Source of the DNA: a virus
Lineage: Duplodnaviria; Caudoviricetes
Strand: one strand, 5' to 3'
IMG/VR virus record: IMGVR_UViG_3300021963_000022
Length of the DNA: 64,000 nt
The position numbers were made by a program, and so were the translations under genes. Every line of letters starts with the position of its first letter. The stretch's first letter is position 1. Positions 44,764-53,419 of the stretch are shown piece after piece. The notes below the pieces were generated by a model that saw nothing but the letters and a program-made list of their open reading frames with translations, searched no databases and was not told where the DNA came from.

Positions 44764-45233
44764 TTTTTAATCACATTAAAGAACTAAAAGCACAAGGTAA
44801 AAAGATTGGCATTACTTTCAGTACATTTGATTTGCTTCACGCAGGTCACGTTGCTATGTTAAGTGAGGCGAAGAATCATTGCGATTATTTAATTTGTGGC
44901 TTGCAAACTGATCCAACCATTGATCGTCCTGATACAAAGAATAAACCCATTCAAAGTATTGTAGAACGACAGATCCAACTTGCGGCTTGTCGCTATGTTG
45001 ATGAGGTAGTTGTATATCAAACTGAACAGGACCTTATTGACCTACTACTTATTCTTCCCTTAGATGTTCGCATTTTGGGTGTAGAATATGCTGAAAAAGA
45101 GTTTACCGGAAGATATGAAGGTGGGGAACGAGGTATTGAACTTGTATTCAATGGTCGTGACCATAGTTTCAGTAGTTCAAGTTTAAGAAAACGGGTAGCT
45201 GATGCCCAGATTATTAACACTCTTAATAAATAA
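44760..45233 (+). CDS. Cytidylyltransferase (TagD / glycerol-3-phosphate CTase-like)
   Basis: GITFSTFDLLHAGH, GLQTD, RILGVEY, HSFSSSSLR. Confidence 0.85.
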   Translation: MIFNHIKELKAQGKKIGITFSTFDLLHAGHVAMLSEAKNHCDYLICGLQTDPTIDRPDTKNKPIQSIVERQIQLAACRYVDEVVVYQTEQDLIDLLLILPLDVRILGVEYAEKEFTGRYEGGERGIELVFNGRDHSFSSSSLRKRVADAQIINTLNK

Positions 45234-45300
45234 CTATAGCGGTCTTTGGACATCATCCCGCTTTACAAATTCTGCTGCCTATGCTATAATACAACATAGG
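45225..45300 (+). promoter_or_regulatory. Composite queD control region: late motif, hairpin, sigma70 promoter and SD-sequestering hairpin
   Basis: AATAAATA 45225-45232; AGCGG/CCGCT stem; TTTACA-17-TATAAT at 45262-45290; CCTATG/CATAGG stem overlapping AGGAG. Confidence 0.55.
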
Positions 45301-45308
45301 AGAAATTC

Positions 45309-45791
45309 ATGGCAAACAAAAAATTCTTTTCAACAAAAACATACAGACAAATAGGTCCTGTCGCTTATCGTCAATGGCGTGCTGACAGTCATTGTAACTT
45401 AATTCATGGCTACGCTATGAGTTTTCACTTTGAGTTTGAAGCTGATACACTAGATGCCCGCAACTGGGTAACTGACTTCGGTGGACTACGACCTCTCAAA
45501 GACAAACTAGAAGAATGGTTTGACCATACTCTACTAGTCGCACAAGATGACCCAATGCGTGAACATCTATTAGAACTAGGTCGATTGAAGCTAGCAAAGA
45601 TTACAGAAGTAGAACGTACTGGCTGTGAAGGTATTGCTGACTTCTTATACGAATATGTTAATACAATCTTTTTACCTAACTGCGGTAGTGAAGAAGCAAA
45701 GCGTGTATGGTGCTGTAGAGTAGAGGTTCGTGAGACTGATAGCAATATGGCAGGTAGAGGTGGTCATAGAGAAGATGGGGAGTTTGCATAA
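45309..45791 (+). CDS. queD: 6-carboxy-5,6,7,8-tetrahydropterin synthase
   Basis: HCNLIHGY, WVTDFG, FDHTLL, GCEGIA, VEVRET. Confidence 0.88.
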   Translation: MANKKFFSTKTYRQIGPVAYRQWRADSHCNLIHGYAMSFHFEFEADTLDARNWVTDFGGLRPLKDKLEEWFDHTLLVAQDDPMREHLLELGRLKLAKITEVERTGCEGIADFLYEYVNTIFLPNCGSEEAKRVWCCRVEVRETDSNMAGRGGHREDGEFA

Positions 45792-46222
45792 TGTTTAGTG
45801 TAATTAAATTCTTTTGGTTAGTGAGTCGTTCATCCTGGAACATCATGAACCCCAATCTAAATCCGTTGCGACATGCACCTGTATATATCAAATATTTTCT
45901 TAGCATCCTACTGGGGTGTTTTTGGAGCCTAGCATTTGGAATCTACATTGGTGAACTGTTAACAATTGGCTACAATATGCTAGGTCACATTGCCATCATC
46001 AGCATGGTATTTGCTACTTGGGCTGTATTTCGTTCAGTAGAAAATACTTATGGTCCACGTGGTGGTACAGTAGATTGGTTACGCATGCCAGACTATAGTA
46101 GTCGGTGTGATGAACTTACTGAAGATCAGCGTTTTGCTAAAATCCAAGAATGGAACAATCGGAATGTTTGGAACGAACCTAAACATTCTGAAAAAGATAA
46201 AGAAACTTATTACGGAGCATAA
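45791..46222 (+). CDS. Membrane protein of unknown function
   Basis: Two hydrophobic segments after MNPNLNPLRH. Confidence 0.6.
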   Translation: MFSVIKFFWLVSRSSWNIMNPNLNPLRHAPVYIKYFLSILLGCFWSLAFGIYIGELLTIGYNMLGHIAIISMVFATWAVFRSVENTYGPRGGTVDWLRMPDYSSRCDELTEDQRFAKIQEWNNRNVWNEPKHSEKDKETYYGA

Positions 46223-46224
46223 AC

Positions 46225-46326
46225 GTGACCATTAATGAAATTATTGCTATAGTACTAATGGTAGCCGTAGTGGGCATAGTGCTATGGGATATGAACAGGA
46301 ACAAAGAAAATAAACCAAAGGAATAA
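46225..46326 (+). CDS. Small single-TM peptide (33 aa, not in track)
   Basis: GTG start with GGAG SD; VTINEIIAIVLMVAVVGIVLWDMNRNKENKPKE. Confidence 0.45.
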   Translation: MTINEIIAIVLMVAVVGIVLWDMNRNKENKPKE

Positions 46327-46361
46327 AGAATTCTACGCAGAGAATTTTAAAAGGAAAATAA

Positions 46362-47012
46362 ATGTTAGAAACAATTTGCGATACATTAGTTGAAGCATAT
46401 AGACGCAACTGGATTACTAGTCGTGATGGCAATGTAAGTATTCGTCATCACGACCGTGATCACTTTTACATCACTCCTAGTGGTGTCCGTAAGCAGACAA
46501 TGCAACCTGATCAGTTTAAAAAGATTGGCATTGAACAAGGCTACTATGACCAACCTCCTAAACCATACTATTCTTGGAAAGAACTGGCATATACAGACAT
46601 TAGTGAGAAGCTAAAACCTAGCGGAGAAATACCACTGCACTTCGGCTTACAACGAGAAATGGGGCAACACAGTGATGATGTAAGAGTTGTAGTTCATTTA
46701 CACCCTACTTATTGTATTGCGGCAATGCACGCCGGTATTGATTTAAGCACTATTAGCAAAGCGTTTCCAGAATTGAATCGCTACACTAAGGTAGCACCCA
46801 ATGTAGGAGACGTGCCTCCGATTAGTCAAGAGCTTGCAGACCAGTGCCATAAGATGTTACAATTAGACAATAAAGGCAATATTGTTTACGACATTGTAGG
46901 TATCAAAGGACACGGAGTTGTTGCTATAGATACAAGTCCATGGCGTGCTTTTGAACACATTGAACGATTAGAACATATTTGTCAAATCGTATTAGCATCA
47001 AATAAATTTTAA
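46362..47012 (+). CDS. Class II aldolase/adducin family protein
   Basis: DGNVSIR, YITPSG, KPSGEIPLH, VHLHPTY, GIKGHGVV. Confidence 0.88.
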   Translation: MLETICDTLVEAYRRNWITSRDGNVSIRHHDRDHFYITPSGVRKQTMQPDQFKKIGIEQGYYDQPPKPYYSWKELAYTDISEKLKPSGEIPLHFGLQREMGQHSDDVRVVVHLHPTYCIAAMHAGIDLSTISKAFPELNRYTKVAPNVGDVPPISQELADQCHKMLQLDNKGNIVYDIVGIKGHGVVAIDTSPWRAFEHIERLEHICQIVLASNKF

Positions 47013-47022
47013 GGAGAAAACT

Positions 47023-47712
47023 ATGTTTGAAACAACTTATGAAAATGGAACGTCATATCGTTCCGCAAGCGAAATCAATTCAGCAATGGGTCGTGTCTAT
47101 GGACATATGAGTCTTGCTGTTATTGTATCAATGTTTGTTAGTTACTTTGTAGGCACTAGTCCAGAGTTATTGGCATTCTTTTTTACAGGCTGGATTAAAT
47201 GGATTGTAATATTATCACCACTTGCGGCTATCTTTGGTGTTGCTATGGTACTAGCCAATAACCCAAGTAAAAGTGTAGCACAACTATGCTTACATGGTTT
47301 TGCGGCATTAATGGGATTGAGCTTTGCTACAATCTTTGCTGTATTCACTATGGGTAGTATTGTGTCAGCGTTTATGGGAGCCTCGATACTTTTTGGTGTA
47401 ATGAGTGGATATGGCTACTTTACCAAACAGAGTTTAGACAATGTTGGTAAGTTTATGTTTGTCGGCCTAATTGCTATCATTATTGCTAGTATTGTTAATA
47501 TCTTTATTGGTAGTACAGTTATGCAAATGGTTATCAGTGCATTAGCTATTATTATCTTTTTAGGACTAACTGCTTATGACACACAAAAGATCCGTGAAGA
47601 ACTTAGTATGGAAACTAGTGATAGTGCAGAAGTGCGAGGTGCATTAACATTATATATGGACTTCATTAACTTGTTTATTAACCTATTACAACTGTTTGGT
47701 GATAGAAAATAA
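47023..47712 (+). CDS. Bax inhibitor-1/YccA family membrane protein
   Basis: Seven TM segments; LTAYDTQKI; ALTLYMDFINLFINLLQLFG. Confidence 0.9.
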   Translation: MFETTYENGTSYRSASEINSAMGRVYGHMSLAVIVSMFVSYFVGTSPELLAFFFTGWIKWIVILSPLAAIFGVAMVLANNPSKSVAQLCLHGFAALMGLSFATIFAVFTMGSIVSAFMGASILFGVMSGYGYFTKQSLDNVGKFMFVGLIAIIIASIVNIFIGSTVMQMVISALAIIIFLGLTAYDTQKIREELSMETSDSAEVRGALTLYMDFINLFINLLQLFGDRK

Positions 47713-47722
47713 TTAACAAAAC

Positions 47723-47914
47723 ATGAACAGTTTGGAAAAAATCTGGTCTAGAGCAACAGGTCATCTAATGGGTAATACTGATGATGACCGACCCGATGTA
47801 CCTATTCTTACATTACGGGAAGCAAAAATTGCATTGTTCCTAAAGACTTTCTGGGTGGTACTACATGTGATAACATGTTGTTTTATTATAGCAAATACTT
47901 TACATCATTGGTAA
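47723..47914 (+). CDS. Small membrane protein
   Basis: 63 aa with a C-terminal hydrophobic helix. Confidence 0.55.
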   Translation: MNSLEKIWSRATGHLMGNTDDDRPDVPILTLREAKIALFLKTFWVVLHVITCCFIIANTLHHW

Positions 47915-47917
47915 TAT

Positions 47918-48124
47918 ATGAACAAAAAAATCAAAGAACTAGCAGAACAATGCGGTTTTAGACCAGGTGATAGCATATACGATAGAAATCAATCATTTGA
48001 TATTGAGAAGTTTGCAGAACTTCTAATCAGAGATTGTGCAAAGCAAGTTAATCACATTTACAAACAAGGTGGCGGCACATGGGGTGAAGTCATTCTTAAA
48101 ACTTACAATATAAAAATCAAATGA
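47918..48124 (+). CDS. Small phage protein of the 'IKELAEQ...EKFAELI' family
   Basis: Paralogous to 49546 and 61384. Confidence 0.6.
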   Translation: MNKKIKELAEQCGFRPGDSIYDRNQSFDIEKFAELLIRDCAKQVNHIYKQGGGTWGEVILKTYNIKIK

Positions 48125-48969
48125 GTCATTTAAAAGTAGCAGAATTATTTTATAGCATTCAAGGTGAAGGTAGATACATGGGTGTACCTTCAGTATTTCT
48201 CAGAACATTTGGCTGTAACTTCAAGTGTGCTGGATTTGGTATGCCTAAAGGTGAACTAAGTCGTGAGGTAGAAGACATTGCCGCACGTTCACATTACTAT
48301 GATGATTATAAGAAACTTCCTTTAGTTTCTACAGGTTGTGACAGTTATGCAAGTTGGGATCCTAGATTTAAACATCTTAGTCCTGTACTAACAACAGATA
48401 GTATTGTAGATAGCATTATGGATATGATTCCGCACAAACGTTGGATGGATGAGCATCTTGTTATTACAGGCGGTGAACCTTTATTAGGTTGGCAACGTGC
48501 TTATCCTGACTTGCTTTCACATGAAAAGATGAGGAGTCTTAAAGAGATTACATTTGAAACAAATGGTACTCAAGAACTAAGCCAAGACTTTTCAATATAT
48601 CTACAACAGTGGAAGATAAACAGAGAAAAAAATGCACTTACCTTTAGTGTAAGTCCTAAACTAAGCATCAGTGGTGAGAAGTGGGAAGAAGCTATTCGCC
48701 CTGAGATTATTCATCAATATGAAAGTGTTGGCTTTGTTTATCTCAAGTTTGTTATTGCTACTAAAGAGGATGCACTTGAAGCTGATGACGCAGTAAAAGA
48801 GTTTCGTAGTAGAGGATTCAGAGGTCCTGTATACTTTATGCCATGCGGTGGTGTAGAGTCTGTGTACAACTTGAATGCAAAGAATGTAGCAATTGAAGCA
48901 ATGAATCGTGGTTATCGTTACAGTGATAGACTACAAGTACCTTTATTTAAGAATGAGTGGGGTACATGA
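48121..48969 (+). CDS. queE: 7-carboxy-7-deazaguanine synthase (radical SAM)
   Basis: VAELFYSIQGEG, VFLRTFGCN, GCDS, VITGGEPLL, FETNGT, SVSPKL, RLQV. Confidence 0.9.
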   Translation: MSHLKVAELFYSIQGEGRYMGVPSVFLRTFGCNFKCAGFGMPKGELSREVEDIAARSHYYDDYKKLPLVSTGCDSYASWDPRFKHLSPVLTTDSIVDSIMDMIPHKRWMDEHLVITGGEPLLGWQRAYPDLLSHEKMRSLKEITFETNGTQELSQDFSIYLQQWKINREKNALTFSVSPKLSISGEKWEEAIRPEIIHQYESVGFVYLKFVIATKEDALEADDAVKEFRSRGFRGPVYFMPCGGVESVYNLNAKNVAIEAMNRGYRYSDRLQVPLFKNEWGT

Positions 48970-49151
48970 TGGCACAAATAGTAATTACAAGAACACAGTT
49001 TGAAAAACTGAAAGAAGTATTTGAGATGTATGATCTTGATAGAGTGATTTGGACAGAAGATTCAACTAATGGTATAGGTTCAACTACTACCATTGAGTTT
49101 GATCCTAAATCTACTGTTAAGATGGATATTACTGATTTAGAAAGTTGGTAA
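48966..49151 (+). CDS. Hypothetical protein
   Basis: Overlapping stop/start in the operon. Confidence 0.55.
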   Translation: MMAQIVITRTQFEKLKEVFEMYDLDRVIWTEDSTNGIGSTTTIEFDPKSTVKMDITDLESW

Positions 49152-49375
49152 TGCCATTAGATCAAGTTCAATCATATGACTATTTCTATGAAAAAATAAT
49201 AGGTACTGAACTTAAGTTTGCTTGGTTACCACAAACTTGTGATATATCGGGTAAGCGTATTTGGTTTAAATGGGGCTATCGCATTACTAGAATTATTACA
49301 GGTCCGGGCGAATCTATCTTTGAATATAGATGGCATGAAAAGAATACCCATATTATATGGAAGCTAACGAGGTAA
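49151..49375 (+). CDS. Hypothetical protein
   Basis: FAWLPQTCDISGKRIW motif. Confidence 0.55.
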   Translation: MPLDQVQSYDYFYEKIIGTELKFAWLPQTCDISGKRIWFKWGYRITRIITGPGESIFEYRWHEKNTHIIWKLTR

Positions 49376-49379
49376 ATAT

Positions 49380-49553
49380 ATGTATGAATTAAGATATCTT
49401 GTCCGAAAAGGTTGGGACGGACTAGAAAAAGTGTTACAATATAGAACACAAATTGAAGTAACTGATTATAGTACAACCACTGATAAAGGTAGTTTTACTA
49501 AAAAACGTGAATGGACTGAATGGAAAGATGTACCGGTAGTAAAAGATGAATGA
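49380..49553 (+). CDS. Small hypothetical protein (57 aa, not in track)
   Basis: MYELRYLVRKGWDGLEKVLQYRT...WTEWKDVPVVKDE; GAGG SD. Confidence 0.6.
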   Translation: MYELRYLVRKGWDGLEKVLQYRTQIEVTDYSTTTDKGSFTKKREWTEWKDVPVVKDE

Positions 49554-49767
49554 TAAACTAAAAGAACTGGTAGCGGAATGCTACAATCCTTATTCAGACT
49601 TTGATTATGAAAAGTTTGCTAATCTAATTATTGAAGATGTACTCAGTATTATGGGTGACCCTAAAAACTATAACAGATGCACATATACTAATTTTGATTT
49701 AAATACCGCTTTGTGTATATCAACAGAACTATCTGATAAAATTAAAAAACTTTATGAGAACGTATGA
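49546..49767 (+). CDS. Small phage protein of the 'LKELV...EKFANLI' family
   Basis: Paralogous to 47918. Confidence 0.55.
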   Translation: MNDKLKELVAECYNPYSDFDYEKFANLIIEDVLSIMGDPKNYNRCTYTNFDLNTALCISTELSDKIKKLYENV

Positions 49768-51088
49768 TAAACGTATTGGCTTCTTAGTAAGCTATCAAAC
49801 ACTTATCCCGCACGGGGGTATAGGTCAATTTGCTAAAAGCTTTTGTGAATTGATGGATAAGCACAATATCAAAGTTGATATCATTACTGATAAAGAACCC
49901 AAAGATAATGAGTTTGTCAAATCACTTAAAGCAAACATAATTGCTCCCACTGATTCACTATCATATACTACTCATAGTAATATCTTTATGTACGGTGATA
50001 CATTTTGCTATGAAAGAATGGCTAACTTTCGTAATAGTATCATTAAAGCATTAGAGCATAACTTGTATGATGCATTTGTATGCAACACCTACGAAACTGT
50101 ACAAGTAGCAAGCACTATGGGACTTGAAGATTGTATTCAAATCATTGCTTATACACACTTAGAAAGTCAAATCTTTAACGATACTAAAAATCCTTTTTTA
50201 AACAATACCAATGTGATGATGCGTCAACAATTAAGCACAACAAACATTGATATAGGAACTCAAAGTAAATTTAATCAAGTACACTTAGATGAATCATCCT
50301 ATCATCTTCCTATACCTATTACTGAGCGTGGATTGCTTGAAGAACATCACAAACAACGTGAAGGTATACTATTTGTCGGTCGTTGGGAAGAAGGTAAAAA
50401 TCCTGAGTTGTTCTTAGACTTGATTGAACAAACAAAGTTGCCTGCAAAAGTAATGACTAGTGCAAACGGTGCAAAGAAGTTTGAAGATAGACTAAAGAAG
50501 ATCGGTGTACCATATGAAATCAAAGTGGGCATCATCGGTAAAGAGAAAGTTGACTTTATGACAAGTGCTAGAATTTCATTCAACCCTAGCATTGTTGAGA
50601 GTTATGGTATGGCATTCTACGAACAACATATTCAAATGCCTACATTAGTATTAGAGAATCAGCGTTGGACTAATAACTTTAATAAAGATTTCTTTTACAC
50701 TTGCACTAGGAAAGATATGGCAAGTAAAGCAAAAGAGTTGTATGATATTTTTGAAAAAGCAGAAAGATGGTATAACTTAGGATCATTGAAACACGCACAA
50801 GAACAAGAAGCTACAGTCTTTCACAAATGGAATACATGCTTTAATGATTTTGAGCCTAAACAATCCAACAGCAATACTGCTAAAATTTTACAAAATGAAA
50901 CCATTAAGTATAATGATTTTATTGAAGGATTGGGACGTAGTATAATTTGTATTGATGACTGCCGTTCTGCATTGACTAATAAACATAAGTTTCGTACAAT
51001 CTATACAGATGAAGATACTTACTTAACAAAGGATCCTAGCTTTGAACCAGTTGAAGAAACAAGTCAATCGCTATTTACATTCGCATGA
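49754..51088 (+). CDS. GT-B fold glycosyltransferase (GT4-like)
   Basis: PHGGIGQF, ILFVGRWEEGKNPE, FNPSIVESYGMAFYE. Confidence 0.8.
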   Translation: MRTYDKRIGFLVSYQTLIPHGGIGQFAKSFCELMDKHNIKVDIITDKEPKDNEFVKSLKANIIAPTDSLSYTTHSNIFMYGDTFCYERMANFRNSIIKALEHNLYDAFVCNTYETVQVASTMGLEDCIQIIAYTHLESQIFNDTKNPFLNNTNVMMRQQLSTTNIDIGTQSKFNQVHLDESSYHLPIPITERGLLEEHHKQREGILFVGRWEEGKNPELFLDLIEQTKLPAKVMTSANGAKKFEDRLKKIGVPYEIKVGIIGKEKVDFMTSARISFNPSIVESYGMAFYEQHIQMPTLVLENQRWTNNFNKDFFYTCTRKDMASKAKELYDIFEKAERWYNLGSLKHAQEQEATVFHKWNTCFNDFEPKQSNSNTAKILQNETIKYNDFIEGLGRSIICIDDCRSALTNKHKFRTIYTDEDTYLTKDPSFEPVEETSQSLFTFA

Positions 51089-51930
51089 AAAAAGTTTTAA
51101 TTACAGGTAGTTCAGGATATATCGGTTCACATCTATGTAAGATGCTAGCCGGTAAATACGAAGTTCATGGACTTGATATTAATCCACCACAAACATTTGT
51201 AGATAAATTCTATGACCAAAACATCAATCGACTATTTGAAGCTGAACACGAATATGATGCAGTAATTCATTTGGCTGCATTGGTTCGTGTAGGTGAGAGT
51301 GAACTTATGCCAATCAAGTATTATATTACTAACTTGAATGGTACTATGAACATACTTAATCGTGTGAAAACAAAAAACTTTATCTTTGCTAGTACTGGTG
51401 CCGCACAAGATTGTACTAGTGCCTATGGTATCAGTAAACTTGCCGCTGAAGGTGTTGTTAAAGAATTCTCTACTCACCATCGTCAACAAGATTATACTAT
51501 TTTTAGATTCTATAATGTTGTAGGCAGTGATGGGTTTCCACCAACAAACCCAGATGGATTAATGTATAAACTGTTTGAAGCGACCGACACAGGAGTATTT
51601 ACTATCTATGGTAATGACTATACAGAATCAACTGACGGTACATGTGTCAGAGACTATGTTCATGTGAATGAAATATGTGAAGCTTTGAAAGAAGCTATTG
51701 AAAACCCATCTAATCAAATAGAATGTTTAGGGCATGGTGTTGGTCATACAGTTAAAGAGATTGTTAATAAGTTTCAACAAGTTAATAATGTTGATTTTGA
51801 AGTGACGTACGGCCCAAGAAGAAAGGGTGACTTACCTAGTTCTGTACTAGAAAATGTATCACCCTATATGCGTAATCTCTATACAATGGATCAGTTACTT
51901 ACCTTTAGCGTCCCGGAAAAAACTGAGTAA
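51085..51930 (+). CDS. NAD-dependent nucleotide-sugar epimerase/dehydratase (GalE-like)
   Basis: ITGSSGYIGSH, HLAA, ASTG, YGISK (YxxxK), FRFYNV, VRDYVHV. Confidence 0.9.
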   Translation: MKKVLITGSSGYIGSHLCKMLAGKYEVHGLDINPPQTFVDKFYDQNINRLFEAEHEYDAVIHLAALVRVGESELMPIKYYITNLNGTMNILNRVKTKNFIFASTGAAQDCTSAYGISKLAAEGVVKEFSTHHRQQDYTIFRFYNVVGSDGFPPTNPDGLMYKLFEATDTGVFTIYGNDYTESTDGTCVRDYVHVNEICEALKEAIENPSNQIECLGHGVGHTVKEIVNKFQQVNNVDFEVTYGPRRKGDLPSSVLENVSPYMRNLYTMDQLLTFSVPEKTE

Positions 51931-53419
51931 AGAAATTACTATTAGCACCTGCATCGATGATAACAGGTTTACCTTGATATAATCCCCAGTTTGCTTTTCT
52001 ATTAAGATCACCTAACTCAACCTCATATGATGAACTTAAATCAACCAACTTGTTTGCGTATTCATTAGCAGTGTCAATCTGTTCTTCTGACTTGCCTTTC
52101 TTCTTCATATGAGCAATCAATTGTTGATAATTATATAGTTTACTCTTACCAGACATTGCAGTAGCCAATTGAACTATTTCATTTAATGAATCAACACCCA
52201 TCAGTTCAGCAAGTTGTTTCTCAGTAGCTTTTTGTGCTAACTCAGTGTGTATCCAAGTAGGTTCACGATTCTGTTTATCATAGTCAATCATAGGTATTAG
52301 TATACCAAGCTGACTAGCATATCCATCATCCAGTATATCTACTTCTACATTGTTTTGTACTAAACCCATTCTATTTTTAGCTATTTTAAGAACAGTAGGA
52401 CGACCTTCATATTCAATATCAGTAGCAATACGACTAGATCCACTACCAATACGTTTAGCACGTTCTAATGCATAACCTAGTCGTTGTTTGAATGTAGAGC
52501 CAGGGCTATATTGACTTGCATCCCAATCAGCTGGTAAGGGTGCTTCAGTTATTTCATTGTTCGTTTTTACGATAGGAGGAACCCAGTTGTATAGTTCTAT
52601 TCGTGGTGCACCGGATTCATCGTGATAATAATTCGCTTTAAACGAACCATCATATTTAATAACGTTTTGAATTTCTTTTGGATTGCCACCTGTTAATCTC
52701 TTAAATGCATCTATTGCTTTTTGTTTTGTTAAGCCAACTTTAGTGTCACCGGTATCACCAATCGGCAAGATTAAGCCATCAGGTGTAACACTCCATAATG
52801 TATATCCATCTGGATTGTCTCTCCTTGCTACTATTTGAACTTCATTTGGCTTATAGTAATTTTTAGAATTCAATGGTGGTTTAGCTAACTTACGTGAGAA
52901 CGTGCCTTTATTAGTAGGATCATCTCTCATTGTAGTTAATTCTAAACCACTATCATTAATCAATTTCAATAGACCTTCTGGTACTTTATTCATTAGTTCT
53001 TTACGTATCTGTATGCCTAAAACATATGGTTTCTTAACAGGGATACCTATACCTCTTGGATGATAGATACGTTCTTCTGTTTCTTGTTTATACATTGGAT
53101 TACTAGCAGTAGGACCAGTACCGTCTGCTTGATTATAGAATTGCATATAAGAGAATGGCATTACTTTGAATCCAGCTTGACGTAATGCATTCCTATCTAA
53201 CACAAGTTGAATACTGCCACCACCATATGGGAATCTATAATATTGATTTCTACTTGCACTGATTACTGGTATTTCCCAACCACCTTCTTCATCTGTATCA
53301 GATAAGTGCGGTTGTATTACACCTTTTCTGAGTATATTCCAGATTTGATTAGGTTGTGCTACACTATGATAAATGTAATCGCCACCAACTGCTTCAGCAA
53401 TAAATTCTTTTGCTCTCAT
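51905..53419 (-). CDS. Mosaic protein: N-terminal ADP-ribosyltransferase-like domain + C-terminal protein-kinase-like domain
   Basis: YIYHS...ILRKG...ISASR...ETEERI; after ITE|A come GSGSSR, VLKIAK, QNNVE, GDLNRKANWG and VIIDAG. Confidence 0.65.
   Translation of the reverse strand: MRAKEFIAEAVGGDYIYHSVAQPNQIWNILRKGVIQPHLSDTDEEGGWEIPVISASRNQYYRFPYGGGSIQLVLDRNALRQAGFKVMPFSYMQFYNQADGTGPTASNPMYKQETEERIYHPRGIGIPVKKPYVLGIQIRKELMNKVPEGLLKLINDSGLELTTMRDDPTNKGTFSRKLAKPPLNSKNYYKPNEVQIVARRDNPDGYTLWSVTPDGLILPIGDTGDTKVGLTKQKAIDAFKRLTGGNPKEIQNVIKYDGSFKANYYHDESGAPRIELYNWVPPIVKTNNEITEAPLPADWDASQYSPGSTFKQRLGYALERAKRIGSGSSRIATDIEYEGRPTVLKIAKNRMGLVQNNVEVDILDDGYASQLGILIPMIDYDKQNREPTWIHTELAQKATEKQLAELMGVDSLNEIVQLATAMSGKSKLYNYQQLIAHMKKKGKSEEQIDTANEYANKLVDLSSSYEVELGDLNRKANWGLYQGKPVIIDAGANSNFFTQFFPGR

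Noticed and set aside
45238-45300. preQ1-I riboswitch upstream of queD
   Set aside because: The loop lacks the GUUC/UACAC-type consensus, and there is no A-rich tail ending in CUAA.
51905-51930. 26-bp tail-to-tail overlap of epimerase and kinase-like genes as antisense regulation
   Set aside because: Short convergent overlaps are common at the edge of inverted blocks; no further signal.
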